A stretch of DNA of 64,000 bases, from contig JAQGDQ010002369.1 of NCBI GenBank assembly GCA_030141605.1, forward strand, positions 558,001-622,000, written 5' to 3'. Positions within the stretch are counted from its first letter, which is position 1. Each line of letters opens with the position of its first letter. The translations under genes and the position numbers were made by a program. Of the stretch, positions 1-10,137 are shown piece by piece. A model generated the notes under the pieces. It ran no database searches and was not told where the DNA came from. It saw only the letters and a program-made list of their open reading frames with translations. Source of the stretch: Tubiluchus corallicola (lineage: Eukaryota > Animalia > Priapulida).

Positions 1-240
1 TCGGTCAACAATTTCTTTTACCTTTTCACAATTCGAAAGGGGTTTTTTGTTTACTTTGGCATAAAGCCTGTACACAACGGAATCTTTGGAAAATTTGGCA
101 AACTGCTGGAGTATGTCGTGGTAATAACGGGAATGATCCCTTAGCTCTTTACAGATTTTGTGTGGAGGTTTTCCTGAAAATCCTGCTGTGTGATCCCATA
201 ATTCAGGGGGCAAGTGAGGGCACATTGTCGTTGTTGCCAT
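1..240 (-). CDS. F-box-like N-terminal protein, 5' part only (runs off the window edge)
   Basis: ATG at 240 behind an AT-rich promoter; open for 80 codons to the edge: MATTTMCPHLPPELWDHTAGF..., where LPPELW..F resembles the F-box start motif. Not in the ORF track. Confidence 0.55.
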   Translation of the reverse strand, partial: MATTTMCPHLPPELWDHTAGFSGKPPHKICKELRDHSRYYHDILQQFAKFSKDSVVYRLYAKVNKKPLSNCEKVKEIVDR

Positions 241-457
241 ATAACTGCCTTTTATTAAATTAATTAAGGGTATTATATCAAAACTATATTAAGAAAATTT
301 TAATTTAACTTTTTTTAAAATTAATTAGTTGCGTTTTTGTTTGGGGGTGATTTTCGTGGAAGAATAAGGCGCTGATTATGAAGAGCTTAATGTTAATGAA
401 GGACATTGCCTTCAAGCAGGGTATTCAGAATATAGCATTGGTCGGAGCATATCCGGT

Positions 458-1426
458 TTAGCGAACAGGTCTTTCTCCGGCTACTATTTCATAGGCAATT
501 TTACCCATAATTTTCATTGTAAATTCAGTTGCAAGGCGATCTTTGATCCGTTTCGCATTCTCAGGTAATACAAAATCCATTCCATAATTGTTTTCATCTC
601 TAAATTCGAAGTAAAAAACATCAATAAGCGCTTGATCGACTATTTTTCTTACTATAGATGCTTGTGCCCTTATCCCTACCATGTTTCCCAGCGACTGAAA
701 GAAGTACTTTGCCAGTCTGTTCGTTCTTTGACAGCATCCATTTGATTGAAGGGAAGGAATATCGATAGCTCTGCATTTATTCGTGAAATCAAAACCTAAG
801 AACCGAACTTGATATTGACCATCGTGTTCAATTACGGCGAAATTAATGGAATCACCAGTTACAGGGATCTCATGAAGAACAAGTTTGGCAACATCATCAA
901 GAAGAGCCTGGCAAACAGTTCTCCAGGAATTAGGATCACAAGCTTCAGCAGGGCTTCCGAAGAATTTTTTTCTCCAGGTTGTGCTTTTATCATTTTTCGT
1001 ATCGATCACATAGATTCCTTTTTCTGCCAATGAGGGAAAGCTTTCAGCAAGATAAGCCGGAACCATTTCATTGTCAGAAGGACAAACATATACCTTCCGC
1101 ATCCCCAGAGAGAGAAGTCCTGCTCTCATCAGAGTTTTAGACATTTGAACCTCTTCATCAACAACTCTCCCCCAATATGATGCAATCTTTGAAGTTATTC
1201 CCGATAGCTCCTGGCATGTGTCCATATTGGGAAGTATGAGGGCCATTCCACTCCTTTCGCATTGATACGCAGTCTTTGAACAACCGCTTCCCATGCGAAC
1301 AAGAGATTCTTCAGTACGGTCTCCTCCTCCTTCTTTAATTAAAACTGTTCGAGGATTCTCCCTAAGAGTCTTTTCAAGACTTTCATAAGGGGAAGAGTCG
1401 ACCCGGCTGGCTATAGCTGTTGCCAT
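458..1426 (-). CDS. hypothetical protein, possible atypical protein-kinase-like fold effector
   Basis: 322 aa ORF after an AT-rich promoter; GSGCSKTAY (Gly loop-like), DEEV, GDSIN and GFDF motifs in kinase-like order. Confidence 0.5.
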   Translation of the reverse strand: MATAIASRVDSSPYESLEKTLRENPRTVLIKEGGGDRTEESLVRMGSGCSKTAYQCERSGMALILPNMDTCQELSGITSKIASYWGRVVDEEVQMSKTLMRAGLLSLGMRKVYVCPSDNEMVPAYLAESFPSLAEKGIYVIDTKNDKSTTWRKKFFGSPAEACDPNSWRTVCQALLDDVAKLVLHEIPVTGDSINFAVIEHDGQYQVRFLGFDFTNKCRAIDIPSLQSNGCCQRTNRLAKYFFQSLGNMVGIRAQASIVRKIVDQALIDVFYFEFRDENNYGMDFVLPENAKRIKDRLATEFTMKIMGKIAYEIVAGERPVR

Positions 1427-1585
1427 ACTTCATAACTCTAGTTTTGAAATTATAAAAGTAATTATAACGAATATTTATTTTGTTTTAATTAAGAAAAAAT
1501 TAAACAAAATAATTTGAATTCGAAATTCAGCGTCTTCTTTGCGAAGGACGGCCGTCCAGCTGCTGGAATATCTAAATGAAACAGT

Positions 1586-2866
1586 TTATTGATTCTCTTG
1601 GGACAGAAGAGATCGTGAGATCTTCAGACCACTATTTAAGAAAGGCTTAAGGTCATGAAACTCTATAGGGACCTTATAGCCTGGGAGCTTTTTGCGGAGG
1701 GCTTCTTGAATGGCCTCGGAATGAATATGTTTGGCATCGATATAGGCGATGGGGCGGTTGCCGAATTCAGAGTCTTCTTTAGGAAGAACGACAGCCTGGC
1801 TGATACCGGGGACCTCGAGGAGGGCAGTCTCGATTTCTTCAGGCTGAATGTTCTCTCCACCTGATATGAAGAGATTGTCTTTGCGGCCCAGGATTGTGTA
1901 ACCCTTTTCAGGGTGGAACTCTGCGAGATCACCTGTTGCAAACCAATCGTATTTTGTTTGGGTAGGAAAGTATCCCTGGAAAAGAGATGTACCGCGGATG
2001 TGAAGTTCGCCGTCTTTGATCTTTAGTTCGAAATGGGAAAGGGGAGCGCCGAGATAGAGTTTGTCGGACCATTCAGGTTGGAAGGCTGTAAGGATCTGTG
2101 AAGAGGCTTCGGTCATTCCATAGGAGAGGTAAAGGGGGAGTTTTTTTGAGAGGGCATTTTGGTAAAGGTTTTTACTCATGGGCCCGCCGCCAAGAAGAAG
2201 GCATTTGAGGGCTTGGGTCTGATGTGTTTGCAAGAAGCGGTAGAGTTGTGTGGAGATCCAGGATACATGGGTGATGTTGTGCAGGTTTTTTTGTTGTACG
2301 ACGGCTGCGCCTTTCATAAAAGTTCGGAATAAAATGGCAAGGCCACCTACGTGGTAAAGAGGAAGAGATAAGAGCCATTGATCGTTTGGTTCCAGAGGGA
2401 TTTTTTGCAGAACGGACTGTGCACTGAAGTAGTGATTGCCGAGGGAGTGCATAGCGATTTTCGGAGTGGTGGAAGATCCGGAAGTGAGAAGGTAAGTCGC
2501 TGTTTGTTCCGAGTCGTAAATTGCATCAGATTGGATGGAAGATGCTTTTGCAAGAGGTGGAATGTTGTCAGGAGTGATGAGAAGATCGGGTTTGACTTGG
2601 GAGATGTATTGTCCCGGTTGGGGAATATAGGTATTGAGAATGAACACGGGAATATGCAGGCGGAAAGCAGCGAAAATCAAGGGAATCAGTCGAACATCGT
2701 TGGGATGGTGAATGGCGAGAGTTTTGGTGTTCTTTAGAAACTCAATGTCGTTTTCAATGAAGAGCTCCAAATCAGAATAGGTGAATGTTTCCGTTTCTGT
2801 TTTGATGGCGGCATGATGAGGGTAAATTAACGCAGATCTTCGGATGGGACAGAGCAAATCAGACAT
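1586..2866 (-). CDS. menE: o-succinylbenzoate--CoA ligase
   Basis: AMP-binding motifs LTSGSSTTPK, YGMTE, GDLA, GRKDNLFISGGENIQPEEIE; men cluster context. Confidence 0.92.
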   Translation of the reverse strand: MSDLLCPIRRSALIYPHHAAIKTETETFTYSDLELFIENDIEFLKNTKTLAIHHPNDVRLIPLIFAAFRLHIPVFILNTYIPQPGQYISQVKPDLLITPDNIPPLAKASSIQSDAIYDSEQTATYLLTSGSSTTPKIAMHSLGNHYFSAQSVLQKIPLEPNDQWLLSLPLYHVGGLAILFRTFMKGAAVVQQKNLHNITHVSWISTQLYRFLQTHQTQALKCLLLGGGPMSKNLYQNALSKKLPLYLSYGMTEASSQILTAFQPEWSDKLYLGAPLSHFELKIKDGELHIRGTSLFQGYFPTQTKYDWFATGDLAEFHPEKGYTILGRKDNLFISGGENIQPEEIETALLEVPGISQAVVLPKEDSEFGNRPIAYIDAKHIHSEAIQEALRKKLPGYKVPIEFHDLKPFLNSGLKISRSLLSQENQ

Positions 2867-3699
2867 AACTTTTCCTTACTTATCTTTAGGCTTTTTTCTT
2901 TCCAGTTGAGGGGATTGGTAGAAAGATCGAGGGGGAAGTATAATACATTTTCTTTCAAAAAGCGATAAGTATCGATCCCGATGGGATAAGAATTTTGGGT
3001 ATGCAGTGCCCAACGGATGATGTTTGAGATTCCGACGCCTGTCTCAAAAGAGCTGCTCAGAACATTGTTAGGCGCTGGAAGAATATGAGGGTTTGCTGAA
3101 GGTTTGACGACCTGTAAAAAGTCAGGATGATTGTGCGGAGTTTCATCAAAGGCAAGGGGGATGCCTGTCTTTTGAGCAAAGGCTAGAGAGTCTTGAAGCT
3201 GGGAGAAAGGCTCCTCAATGTAATCGATGTCATCGAGATGTTGAGAGATTTTGAGCGCGCGCTTTAGGGTCCAGGACTGGTTGGGATCGATCCGGAGGCG
3301 GAAGTCTTTCTTTAACTTCTCTATGAGTTTGAGCGTCCCCTGATAGGAGAGTTGGGCCACTTTGAGTTTGAGCGTTTCAAAGCCTTGCTCTTTGTAGGAT
3401 TTTGCTTGCGAAAGCATTTCATCGAGCGTTCCATAAAGAAGGCCGGCAAGGTGTACTTCTGACTGAGAGGGGGAAAGAAAAGCGCTTTCATAAGCAAAGG
3501 GGAAACGTTTTTTGATTTGGGAAAAAGTCATCCGGGGGAGTTCAGATACGAGCTGTTGGAATGTAAAAGAACTCCAACCTTCCAATGGAGCGATTTCTCC
3601 CCAATGGTCTTTGTCCCACTCAATGAGTATTCCTTCTCTAAGGGAAAGATTGAGGGGATTGGGCTGATGAAGGGCTAGCTTGTATGTGTATATGTTCAT
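2827..3699 (-). CDS. menC: o-succinylbenzoate synthase
   Basis: Enolase-superfamily motifs GEIAPL, KLKV, LRIDPN, YIEEP, AFDE, SSSFETGVG; ATG 3699 overlaps the menA stop. Confidence 0.88.
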   Translation of the reverse strand: MNIYTYKLALHQPNPLNLSLREGILIEWDKDHWGEIAPLEGWSSFTFQQLVSELPRMTFSQIKKRFPFAYESAFLSPSQSEVHLAGLLYGTLDEMLSQAKSYKEQGFETLKLKVAQLSYQGTLKLIEKLKKDFRLRIDPNQSWTLKRALKISQHLDDIDYIEEPFSQLQDSLAFAQKTGIPLAFDETPHNHPDFLQVVKPSANPHILPAPNNVLSSSFETGVGISNIIRWALHTQNSYPIGIDTYRFLKENVLYFPLDLSTNPLNWKEKSLKISKEKLCLICSVPSEDLR

Positions 3700-4541
3700 A
3701 ATACATAACTCAGGCAAAAGAGGATTGTATAGAGGAAAAAGATTTGCGCGGTTTTAGGAAGTAAAGAGGGATAATTGGGCTTGTCGGAAAAGAGGTTGTC
3801 GAGAAGTAGCAGGGAATAGGAAAGGGGAAGAAGACATATGAGAACAAAGCCGTTGTATTGTGCAAGATAAAAGGGAATCAGTGCGGCAAAGAAAATATAC
3901 AGAGCGTATTCGAACTTCCCAAAGCGGGATCCAAACCGGACAATGAGTGTTTTCTTATTTGCTTTTCGGTCTTCTTCCTCATCGCGAAGATTGTTAACTG
4001 TGAGGATGGCGCATGATAAAAATCCCGGAGCAAGCCCAGCCAGAAAGAGAGGAAAAGAGAGGGGAGTATTTTGCAAATAAGCTGTGCCAAGCGTTGCAAC
4101 GGGGCCGAAGAAGGGAAGAACGAAAAGTTCTCCGAGACCGAGGTAGGCAAGAGGATACGGCCCTGCCGTATAAAGAAGGCCGAAAAGGATCGAGATTAAC
4201 ATAAGGAAGAAAAAGACCGAGCCTCCTTTGTAAATCAGGGGAAAAGAAAGAAGAGCTGCAAAAAGAAAGGCTAGAGAGTAGGCTATTTTAACTGATTTTG
4301 GAGAGACCAATCCTTGTTGTGTGACGCGTACAGGACCTTTTCTCTCAGATGTATCGGCCCCTTTTTTGAAGTCGTAATAGTCATTGGCCAGGTTCGTTCC
4401 GATTTGAATGAAAAGCGCAAAGAGAAGAGTCAGAAGAAAGATCATCGGATGAAACGTAGATGCAAGGACTGTTCCAATCAGCACGGGGCTGACTGATGCG
4501 ATGAGGGTTTTAGGACGCGCTGCTAGTATCCAGGTTTTCAT
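3696..4541 (-). CDS. menA: 1,4-dihydroxy-2-naphthoate octaprenyltransferase
   Basis: WILAARPKTL, NLANDYYDFKKGAD, NNLRD..D..ANKKTL; multi-TM. Confidence 0.95.
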   Translation of the reverse strand: MKTWILAARPKTLIASVSPVLIGTVLASTFHPMIFLLTLLFALFIQIGTNLANDYYDFKKGADTSERKGPVRVTQQGLVSPKSVKIAYSLAFLFAALLSFPLIYKGGSVFFFLMLISILFGLLYTAGPYPLAYLGLGELFVLPFFGPVATLGTAYLQNTPLSFPLFLAGLAPGFLSCAILTVNNLRDEEEDRKANKKTLIVRFGSRFGKFEYALYIFFAALIPFYLAQYNGFVLICLLPLSYSLLLLDNLFSDKPNYPSLLPKTAQIFFLYTILFCLSYVL

Positions 4542-4549
4542 AAGAACCT

Positions 4550-5383
4550 CTATGGTCTTTTCGGGAAACGTGAAAAATCAGGTTTTCTTTTTTCACAGAA
4601 TGCGTTTTTTCCTTCCTGTCCTTCTTCCGTCATGTAGTAGAGCATTGTTGCATTGCCAGAGAGTTCCTGAAGGCCGGCCTGGCCATCGCAGTCGGCATTG
4701 AGGCCGGCTTTTAAACAACGAAGGGCAATCGGTGAGTGCTCGAGCATTTCTTTGCACCATTGGATGGTTGTCGATTCCAATTCATCGTAGGGAACGACTG
4801 TATTGACGAGCCCCATTTGAAGCGCCTCTTGTGCATTGTACTGCCGGCAAAGAAACCAAATCTCTCGTGCTTTTTTCTGTCCGACAATACGGGCGAGATA
4901 GCTGGCACCATAACCGCCATCGAACGATCCGACGCGGGGGCCCGTTTGACCGAATATGGCATTGTCGGCTGCAATGGTGAGGTCGCAAAGAACATGCAGA
5001 ACATGTCCGCCGCCTACAGCGAAGCCTGCGACCATAGCGACGATTGGTTTGGGACAGGTGCGGATCTGTCTTTGAAAATCGAGCACGTTGAGCCGGCCGA
5101 TGCCTTTTTTATCAAGGTATCCATCATCTCCGCGGATCTTTTGATCCCCACCTGAACAAAAAGCATCTTTGCCTTCGCCTGTTAAAATGATGACACCGAT
5201 TGATCCATCGTCGCGTGCATCGTAAAGAGCGTGGGACATCTCCTGAACGGTAAGTGGTCGGAATGCATTTCTTGTTTCGGGACGGTTGATCGTGATTTTG
5301 GCGATGCCGTCCATTTTGTGGTATTTAATGTCCTGATATTTGATCGCTTCTTGCCAGTTCATTTTATTGCTGGATGGGTTCAT
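4550..5383 (-). CDS. menB: 1,4-dihydroxy-2-naphthoyl-CoA synthase (alternative start 5362)
   Basis: [36 protein letters not shown]. Confidence 0.97.
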   Translation of the reverse strand: MNPSSNKMNWQEAIKYQDIKYHKMDGIAKITINRPETRNAFRPLTVQEMSHALYDARDDGSIGVIILTGEGKDAFCSGGDQKIRGDDGYLDKKGIGRLNVLDFQRQIRTCPKPIVAMVAGFAVGGGHVLHVLCDLTIAADNAIFGQTGPRVGSFDGGYGASYLARIVGQKKAREIWFLCRQYNAQEALQMGLVNTVVPYDELESTTIQWCKEMLEHSPIALRCLKAGLNADCDGQAGLQELSGNATMLYYMTEEGQEGKNAFCEKRKPDFSRFPKRP

Positions 5384-6104
5384 GAATCCTCAAAAAGGTT
5401 TGAATAATGTTACTAATATAGACCGGTTTTTCTAAGTGGAGTGAATGGGAGGCTCCGGGTATTTCTTCTACGAGGGGAAGAGTGGAATAGAGATCGCGGT
5501 ACTTGGTGTCTTTTTCTCCATATAGGAACAGGATCGGTTTTGCATAGGAAGTTGGGTCGAAATAGGTTTGATTCGCCAGACTTAGACCGGTTAAAAGAGA
5601 AGGGGAAGTAGGTTTTTTTTTTCTTCGCTCAAGCATGGTCTGAAAGATGCTCTTTTCCGAACGGAGCTTTTCAAATAGGGGTTGATCATACCATTTGTGC
5701 AAAAATTTTTCAAAAGGCATTTCTTTCAAAGTTTTTGCCCACGCAAAGTCCTTTTGATGTCTCTCTTTCTTTTCTTCCTCCGTTCTCAGACCGAGATGGG
5801 ATGAGAGAATAATCAGGGGAAGATCGATTTGTCTTTGTTTGGCCAGCTCAAAAAGAATCCTGCCACCTAAGGAATAGCCGATGGCGCACACGGGAGAATA
5901 TTCTTGTAAGACAGGCAGCACCTGGGAGCACATATCCGGGAAGAGATTTGGATAAGCAGGACAGTCTTTGGGCAGATCGAGAGAAAGGCAAAGATAATCT
6001 TCTTTGAGCTGTTCCATAATCGGGCGGAAGTCTTCCGCACAGCCTAGAAATCCGTGAATAAAAAGAAGAGGAGGATTTTTTTCAGATCCGTACTTGAGCA
6101 ACAT
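5364..6104 (-). CDS. menH: SHCHC synthase (alpha/beta hydrolase)
   Basis: HGFLG, GYSLGGR, WYDQPLF, GEKDTKY, H..HLE; between menD and menB. Confidence 0.88.
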   Translation of the reverse strand: MLLKYGSEKNPPLLFIHGFLGCAEDFRPIMEQLKEDYLCLSLDLPKDCPAYPNLFPDMCSQVLPVLQEYSPVCAIGYSLGGRILFELAKQRQIDLPLIILSSHLGLRTEEEKKERHQKDFAWAKTLKEMPFEKFLHKWYDQPLFEKLRSEKSIFQTMLERRKKKPTSPSLLTGLSLANQTYFDPTSYAKPILFLYGEKDTKYRDLYSTLPLVEEIPGASHSLHLEKPVYISNIIQTFLRIHEPIQQ

Positions 6105-7683
6105 CTTGAAACCGTTGTTTGATCTGTTTAAGAATTTGTTGGTCCGTTTCTTTGTTCGTGCATACTTCGATGATACCGGACTCTAGTGAGAGGTCTTTGA
6201 AGGAAGTGATCGCTCGATAGGGAAGATGGAACTGCTTGGCAATGGAAGAAAAATCAGAGGCGTGGGGATTAAAGAAATACTCTTCGAAATGTTTTGAGGA
6301 AAAAATGGGTAGATAGGAAAAAATCGCGCCGCCTTGATTGTTGATGATAATGAGGGTGCAGTTGGGACATTTCTGTAAGAGGGCTAATGAATTCACATCA
6401 TGTAGCGCTGCCTGATCGCCGATGATTCCAATGACAGGCGCATCGTTTTCAATAGCTATACCGGCGAGCGTTGCGATGTTCCCGTCGATTCCAGATACGC
6501 CTCTGTTTGCGAAGATCGCCTGGAGCTTTTTTGGCGGATGGAAAAAATGGTCGGCATTTCGAATGGGCATGCTGTTCCCGATAAAAAGTAGGGAGTTTTC
6601 TATTGTGGGATTTTGGGCCAGAGACCAAAAAAAATAGGGCTCTGTCGCGCTCTCATTCTCAAATAGACTTTCGACTTCTTCGAAGTAGATCTTGTCTTTG
6701 TGATGGAATGAGGAAAGCCAGTCATTTTCTCTTATCGGAAGATTGGAAAAAGCATTGCAGAAAGCATCGAAAGAAGCAGTAACCCGACGAGTAACAGTGT
6801 GGGAAGGATCATGGTGTTTTTCATATTCCAAAACGAGGATGTGCTCAGGTCTTTTCTTTTCCAGCCATTGAAGAAGTTTTTTTGAAATGAAACGATCGCC
6901 GAACTGAAGGACAAAGTCGATCTCATCGGTGAAAAATTCTTCGTAGAAACGAATACAGTTGGGGTGGGGGTTTGCCCGGTTCTGTGAAAGAAAATCGGCC
7001 AAGATCGGCCATCCGAGTCTTTCAGAAAGGGAATAAACAGGAAATAGATCTTCACAGGTTCGCCCAATGAGAATGACTCCTTTTTCAGGAAGGGTAATGT
7101 CTTCATCAAAAGAGGAGCTTTTAGCAAGGTCGTATGAGATGGGATTGAGTTCAGGAAAAGAAATAGCGTCGTCGGTAAAAGGGCCGCGAAACATGAGGTT
7201 GAGATGGACAGGTCCTTCTTTGGACCTGAAAACAGCATAGGCGCAAAGAGAATGGAGTTCATGGGCGAATGCAGAACCCTCGCAGAGAAGATCAGTGTTG
7301 AAACGGGTCCACGGCTCAAAAACATGGGGCTGATTGGTGGTCTGATTGGCGCCCGAGGCTCTCAATTCAGGAGGACGGTCGGCTGTAAGTATGATCAGAG
7401 GAAGATGGCTTTGATGCGCTTCCATAATGGCCGGAAGGAGATTGCCGACGGCAGTTCCTGAAGTGGCGATGATGGCTGCCGGCTTTTTTTGACTTTGTAT
7501 CCAACCTAGTGCAAAGAATCCAAGGCCTCTCTCGTCAAAGTGGGTATAGGTTTGTGTATTTGGATGATGAGCAGCTGCAAGAACAAGGGGCGTGCATCTT
7601 GATCCGGGAGCAATGAAAAAATGGGAAACACCTTGCTGGACAAGACTCTCAATGATAGCTGCAGCCCAATCATTGGCAGACAT
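6082..7683 (-). CDS. menD: SEPHCHC synthase
   Basis: APGSRCTPL, DERGLGFFALG, TSGTAVGN, TADRPPEL, NRGVSGIDG. Confidence 0.96.
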   Translation of the reverse strand: MSANDWAAAIIESLVQQGVSHFFIAPGSRCTPLVLAAAHHPNTQTYTHFDERGLGFFALGWIQSQKKPAAIIATSGTAVGNLLPAIMEAHQSHLPLIILTADRPPELRASGANQTTNQPHVFEPWTRFNTDLLCEGSAFAHELHSLCAYAVFRSKEGPVHLNLMFRGPFTDDAISFPELNPISYDLAKSSSFDEDITLPEKGVILIGRTCEDLFPVYSLSERLGWPILADFLSQNRANPHPNCIRFYEEFFTDEIDFVLQFGDRFISKKLLQWLEKKRPEHILVLEYEKHHDPSHTVTRRVTASFDAFCNAFSNLPIRENDWLSSFHHKDKIYFEEVESLFENESATEPYFFWSLAQNPTIENSLLFIGNSMPIRNADHFFHPPKKLQAIFANRGVSGIDGNIATLAGIAIENDAPVIGIIGDQAALHDVNSLALLQKCPNCTLIIINNQGGAIFSYLPIFSSKHFEEYFFNPHASDFSSIAKQFHLPYRAITSFKDLSLESGIIEVCTNKETDQQILKQIKQRFQDVAQVRI

Positions 7684-8896
7684 GGAAGATCTCCTTTTTA
7701 AAAAGATGGAGTTTTTGCTCCAATTCTTCCCATTCTTTTTCAGGAGTTGATCCGTCGACTATACCTGTTCCGGCGAAAAGATGAACTTGGTTTTTTTCTA
7801 AAAGACAGCTGCGAATTCCTACTGCAAGATCAGTATGATAGGGGGAAAGAAATCCGATCGGCGCAGCATAGGAGCCACGGCTAAATGGTTCGTATTCTTT
7901 TAAAAAGTGCATGGCCTGATCTTTGGGCCATCCTCCCACTGCAGGAGTGGGATGGAGAGACTCGATGAGGGATTGATCATTCGGTCTTTCGAGTCGTCCT
8001 GAGATCTGATGATGCAGATGAAAGATCTGTGGAGTTTTGAAAAGGGTAAGAGGTGATATTTCCATCTGATTGCAATAGGGAGCAAGACACTTTAAAATGG
8101 CGTCTTTCACCACGGTGAATTCAAGCCTGTCTTTTGTGCTGTTCCAAAGCTCGTCCGCATTTTTTTGATCTTCTTCAGAATCTTTACCCCGTTTGCGCGT
8201 ACCTGCAATGACATCGGTGATGATGAGATCTTTTTTCCTCTGAAAGAGTCTCTCGGGAGATACACCCACAAAAGAAAGGTCTTCAGCCCACTGAATGGCA
8301 AAAAAGAAACATTGAGAAGTCTTCTCCTTGAGATCGGACAAAAGAGAGAAAGGATCAGGTGGGGAATCGATGGAAAAAGTCGATTTTCTCGCTAATACGA
8401 TCTTTTCCAACAAGGTGGTGTGAAGGGCTGTTTGGATGTTCTTTTTCCATACATCAAACTCGGGAAGATCTTCGTAATCGGAGCATGTAAATGAGGTTTT
8501 TGGAAGAATCTGTTGAGGTATTTCTACCTCATCGGGAAAAAGATCGAGAGAGTTGTAGGCAAGAGTGAAGGAGTTTTCTTTTTGGATGATTTCAATTTGG
8601 GGAACAAAGAAACCTGCGGAAGAAGGATCGAAAGTAAGAGCTGCCATGAGATAGACGGGAATTTGAGCAAAGATGATCGGCGCCTTTTCAAAAGAAAGGA
8701 TCTTACCTACCGTTGCGATCGTATGATCTCCCTCTTTTGTTTCGAAATACATTTTCGGAAACTGGGATTCACAAGAGAGCCAGGAAAGAAGAAAAACGGA
8801 AGAAATAGACACTTCTTTTCGATAGAAGGTGTAGGTCTTTTCCTCTGTTTTTAAGGAAATGGCGTTTGCTGTGCATTCTTTCAGAGAAATCTTCAT
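7670..8896 (-). CDS. menF: isochorismate synthase
   Basis: KIVLAR, GVSPERL, AGT, LHPTPAVGG, VGIRS, AGTGIV. Confidence 0.92.
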   Translation of the reverse strand: MKISLKECTANAISLKTEEKTYTFYRKEVSISSVFLLSWLSCESQFPKMYFETKEGDHTIATVGKILSFEKAPIIFAQIPVYLMAALTFDPSSAGFFVPQIEIIQKENSFTLAYNSLDLFPDEVEIPQQILPKTSFTCSDYEDLPEFDVWKKNIQTALHTTLLEKIVLARKSTFSIDSPPDPFSLLSDLKEKTSQCFFFAIQWAEDLSFVGVSPERLFQRKKDLIITDVIAGTRKRGKDSEEDQKNADELWNSTKDRLEFTVVKDAILKCLAPYCNQMEISPLTLFKTPQIFHLHHQISGRLERPNDQSLIESLHPTPAVGGWPKDQAMHFLKEYEPFSRGSYAAPIGFLSPYHTDLAVGIRSCLLEKNQVHLFAGTGIVDGSTPEKEWEELEQKLHLFKKEIFHVCQ

Positions 8897-9606
8897 TTTT
8901 CAGCCTCATAAAGGGTTACGGAGCCCAGCATTAATGAATGCCTCTGGGCTTTTGAAAAGCCTGCTTCTTGTAACAGATCCAGAAAGGCCTGTCCGCTTGG
9001 GAATGTCTCGATCGTCTTGTTCAAATAGGCATAAGCAAGTGGATCTTTGGACATCCATTTTCCAATCTTCGGCAAAATATGTCTGAGATAGATGAGATAG
9101 GGGATGCGGATGAGGAAAAAAGAAGGGAGGGAAAACTCTAAAAGAAGAAGTCTTCCTCCGAGTTTCAACACACGTTGTATCTCCCGAAGTGTTTTACTGA
9201 CATCGGGGACATTCCGTATGCCGAAAGTCATTGTCGCGACATGAAACTGGTTATCGGAAAAGGGAAGCTCCTGTGCATCGGCCCTTTGCATCTCGACCCT
9301 GTCTTTATAAGGCTTCATCGAGAGTTTTTTCTTTCCGATCTCCAGCATATCTTCAGCAAGATCGATCCCTGTTGCATGGCTCAGTTGATGGGACTTTTCC
9401 ATCAGGGCGATGATCTGATCTCCGGTTCCCGTTGCAAGGTCCAGCAAATGAAGGTCATCTCCCTCAGGAAAATGATTAGCAATTTTTTTACGCCATTTCT
9501 GGTCCATACCTAAAGAAATGACACGATTGGTCGTATCATAGGCGGGAGAAATACGATCGAACATTTTCCAGACATCTTCACGAGAAAGGTCAGGCTTGGG
9601 GGTCAT
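8893..9606 (-). CDS. menG: demethylmenaquinone methyltransferase (MenG/UbiE)
   Basis: MFDRISPAYD..NRVISLG, LDLATGTGD, FGIRNV, LEFS, AYAYL. Confidence 0.93.
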   Translation of the reverse strand: MTPKPDLSREDVWKMFDRISPAYDTTNRVISLGMDQKWRKKIANHFPEGDDLHLLDLATGTGDQIIALMEKSHQLSHATGIDLAEDMLEIGKKKLSMKPYKDRVEMQRADAQELPFSDNQFHVATMTFGIRNVPDVSKTLREIQRVLKLGGRLLLLEFSLPSFFLIRIPYLIYLRHILPKIGKWMSKDPLAYAYLNKTIETFPSGQAFLDLLQEAGFSKAQRHSLMLGSVTLYEAEK

Positions 9607-9702
9607 AAACTTACCTTTTGAAAGGGAAACTTTTTAACAAATCAAACGGAAAAAGCCAAACCTCTTCTTGGCTTTTTTTTGCGCACATCTTAGTATGCCT
9701 GC

Positions 9703-9939
9703 ATGATTGTGCCCATTCAAACAACCAGTCCGTTGCAATGCTGTCTTAACAGGGAAGATCTCGCTCATTTAACCGACTGGAGAATGCAATCTCTCTTTGC
9801 TGCTGCGACTGTCTATTCTGCTCATAAGTTCCTTAACGAATATCCCCAGACTCACGATCCCTTCTACAGGCAGGTCGCTATGATCTCCGGAGTGACCTTT
9901 GTGGCCACGGTAGCCCTCTTATACACTCCTGACCCTTGA
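9703..9939 (+). CDS. small hypothetical membrane protein
   Basis: 78 aa ORF divergent from menG with a hydrophobic C-terminus; no recognisable family. Confidence 0.35.
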   Translation: MIVPIQTTSPLQCCLNREDLAHLTDWRMQSLFAAATVYSAHKFLNEYPQTHDPFYRQVAMISGVTFVATVALLYTPDP

Positions 9940-10137
9940 TAGGGACCAGCGCTAGCCTTTTCTCCACCTTTCCTTTTACCTGCTCTAGGCCTTCTTAAAG
10001 AGGCTTCCTTATTGTAACTTAATGATTTAATTGTTTGGTTTATGGTTTTTAAGAAAATTAACTTTATACAATCTTAATATTTTAATATAATCAATAATTT
10101 CAAATTAGTAATAAAAATTATTTATTGGGAGGAAGAA

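Noticed and set aside
9650-9680. Terminator-like hairpin AAAAAGCCAA/TTGGCTTTTT
   Set aside because: It lies between divergent gene starts with no gene ending there; function cannot be assigned.
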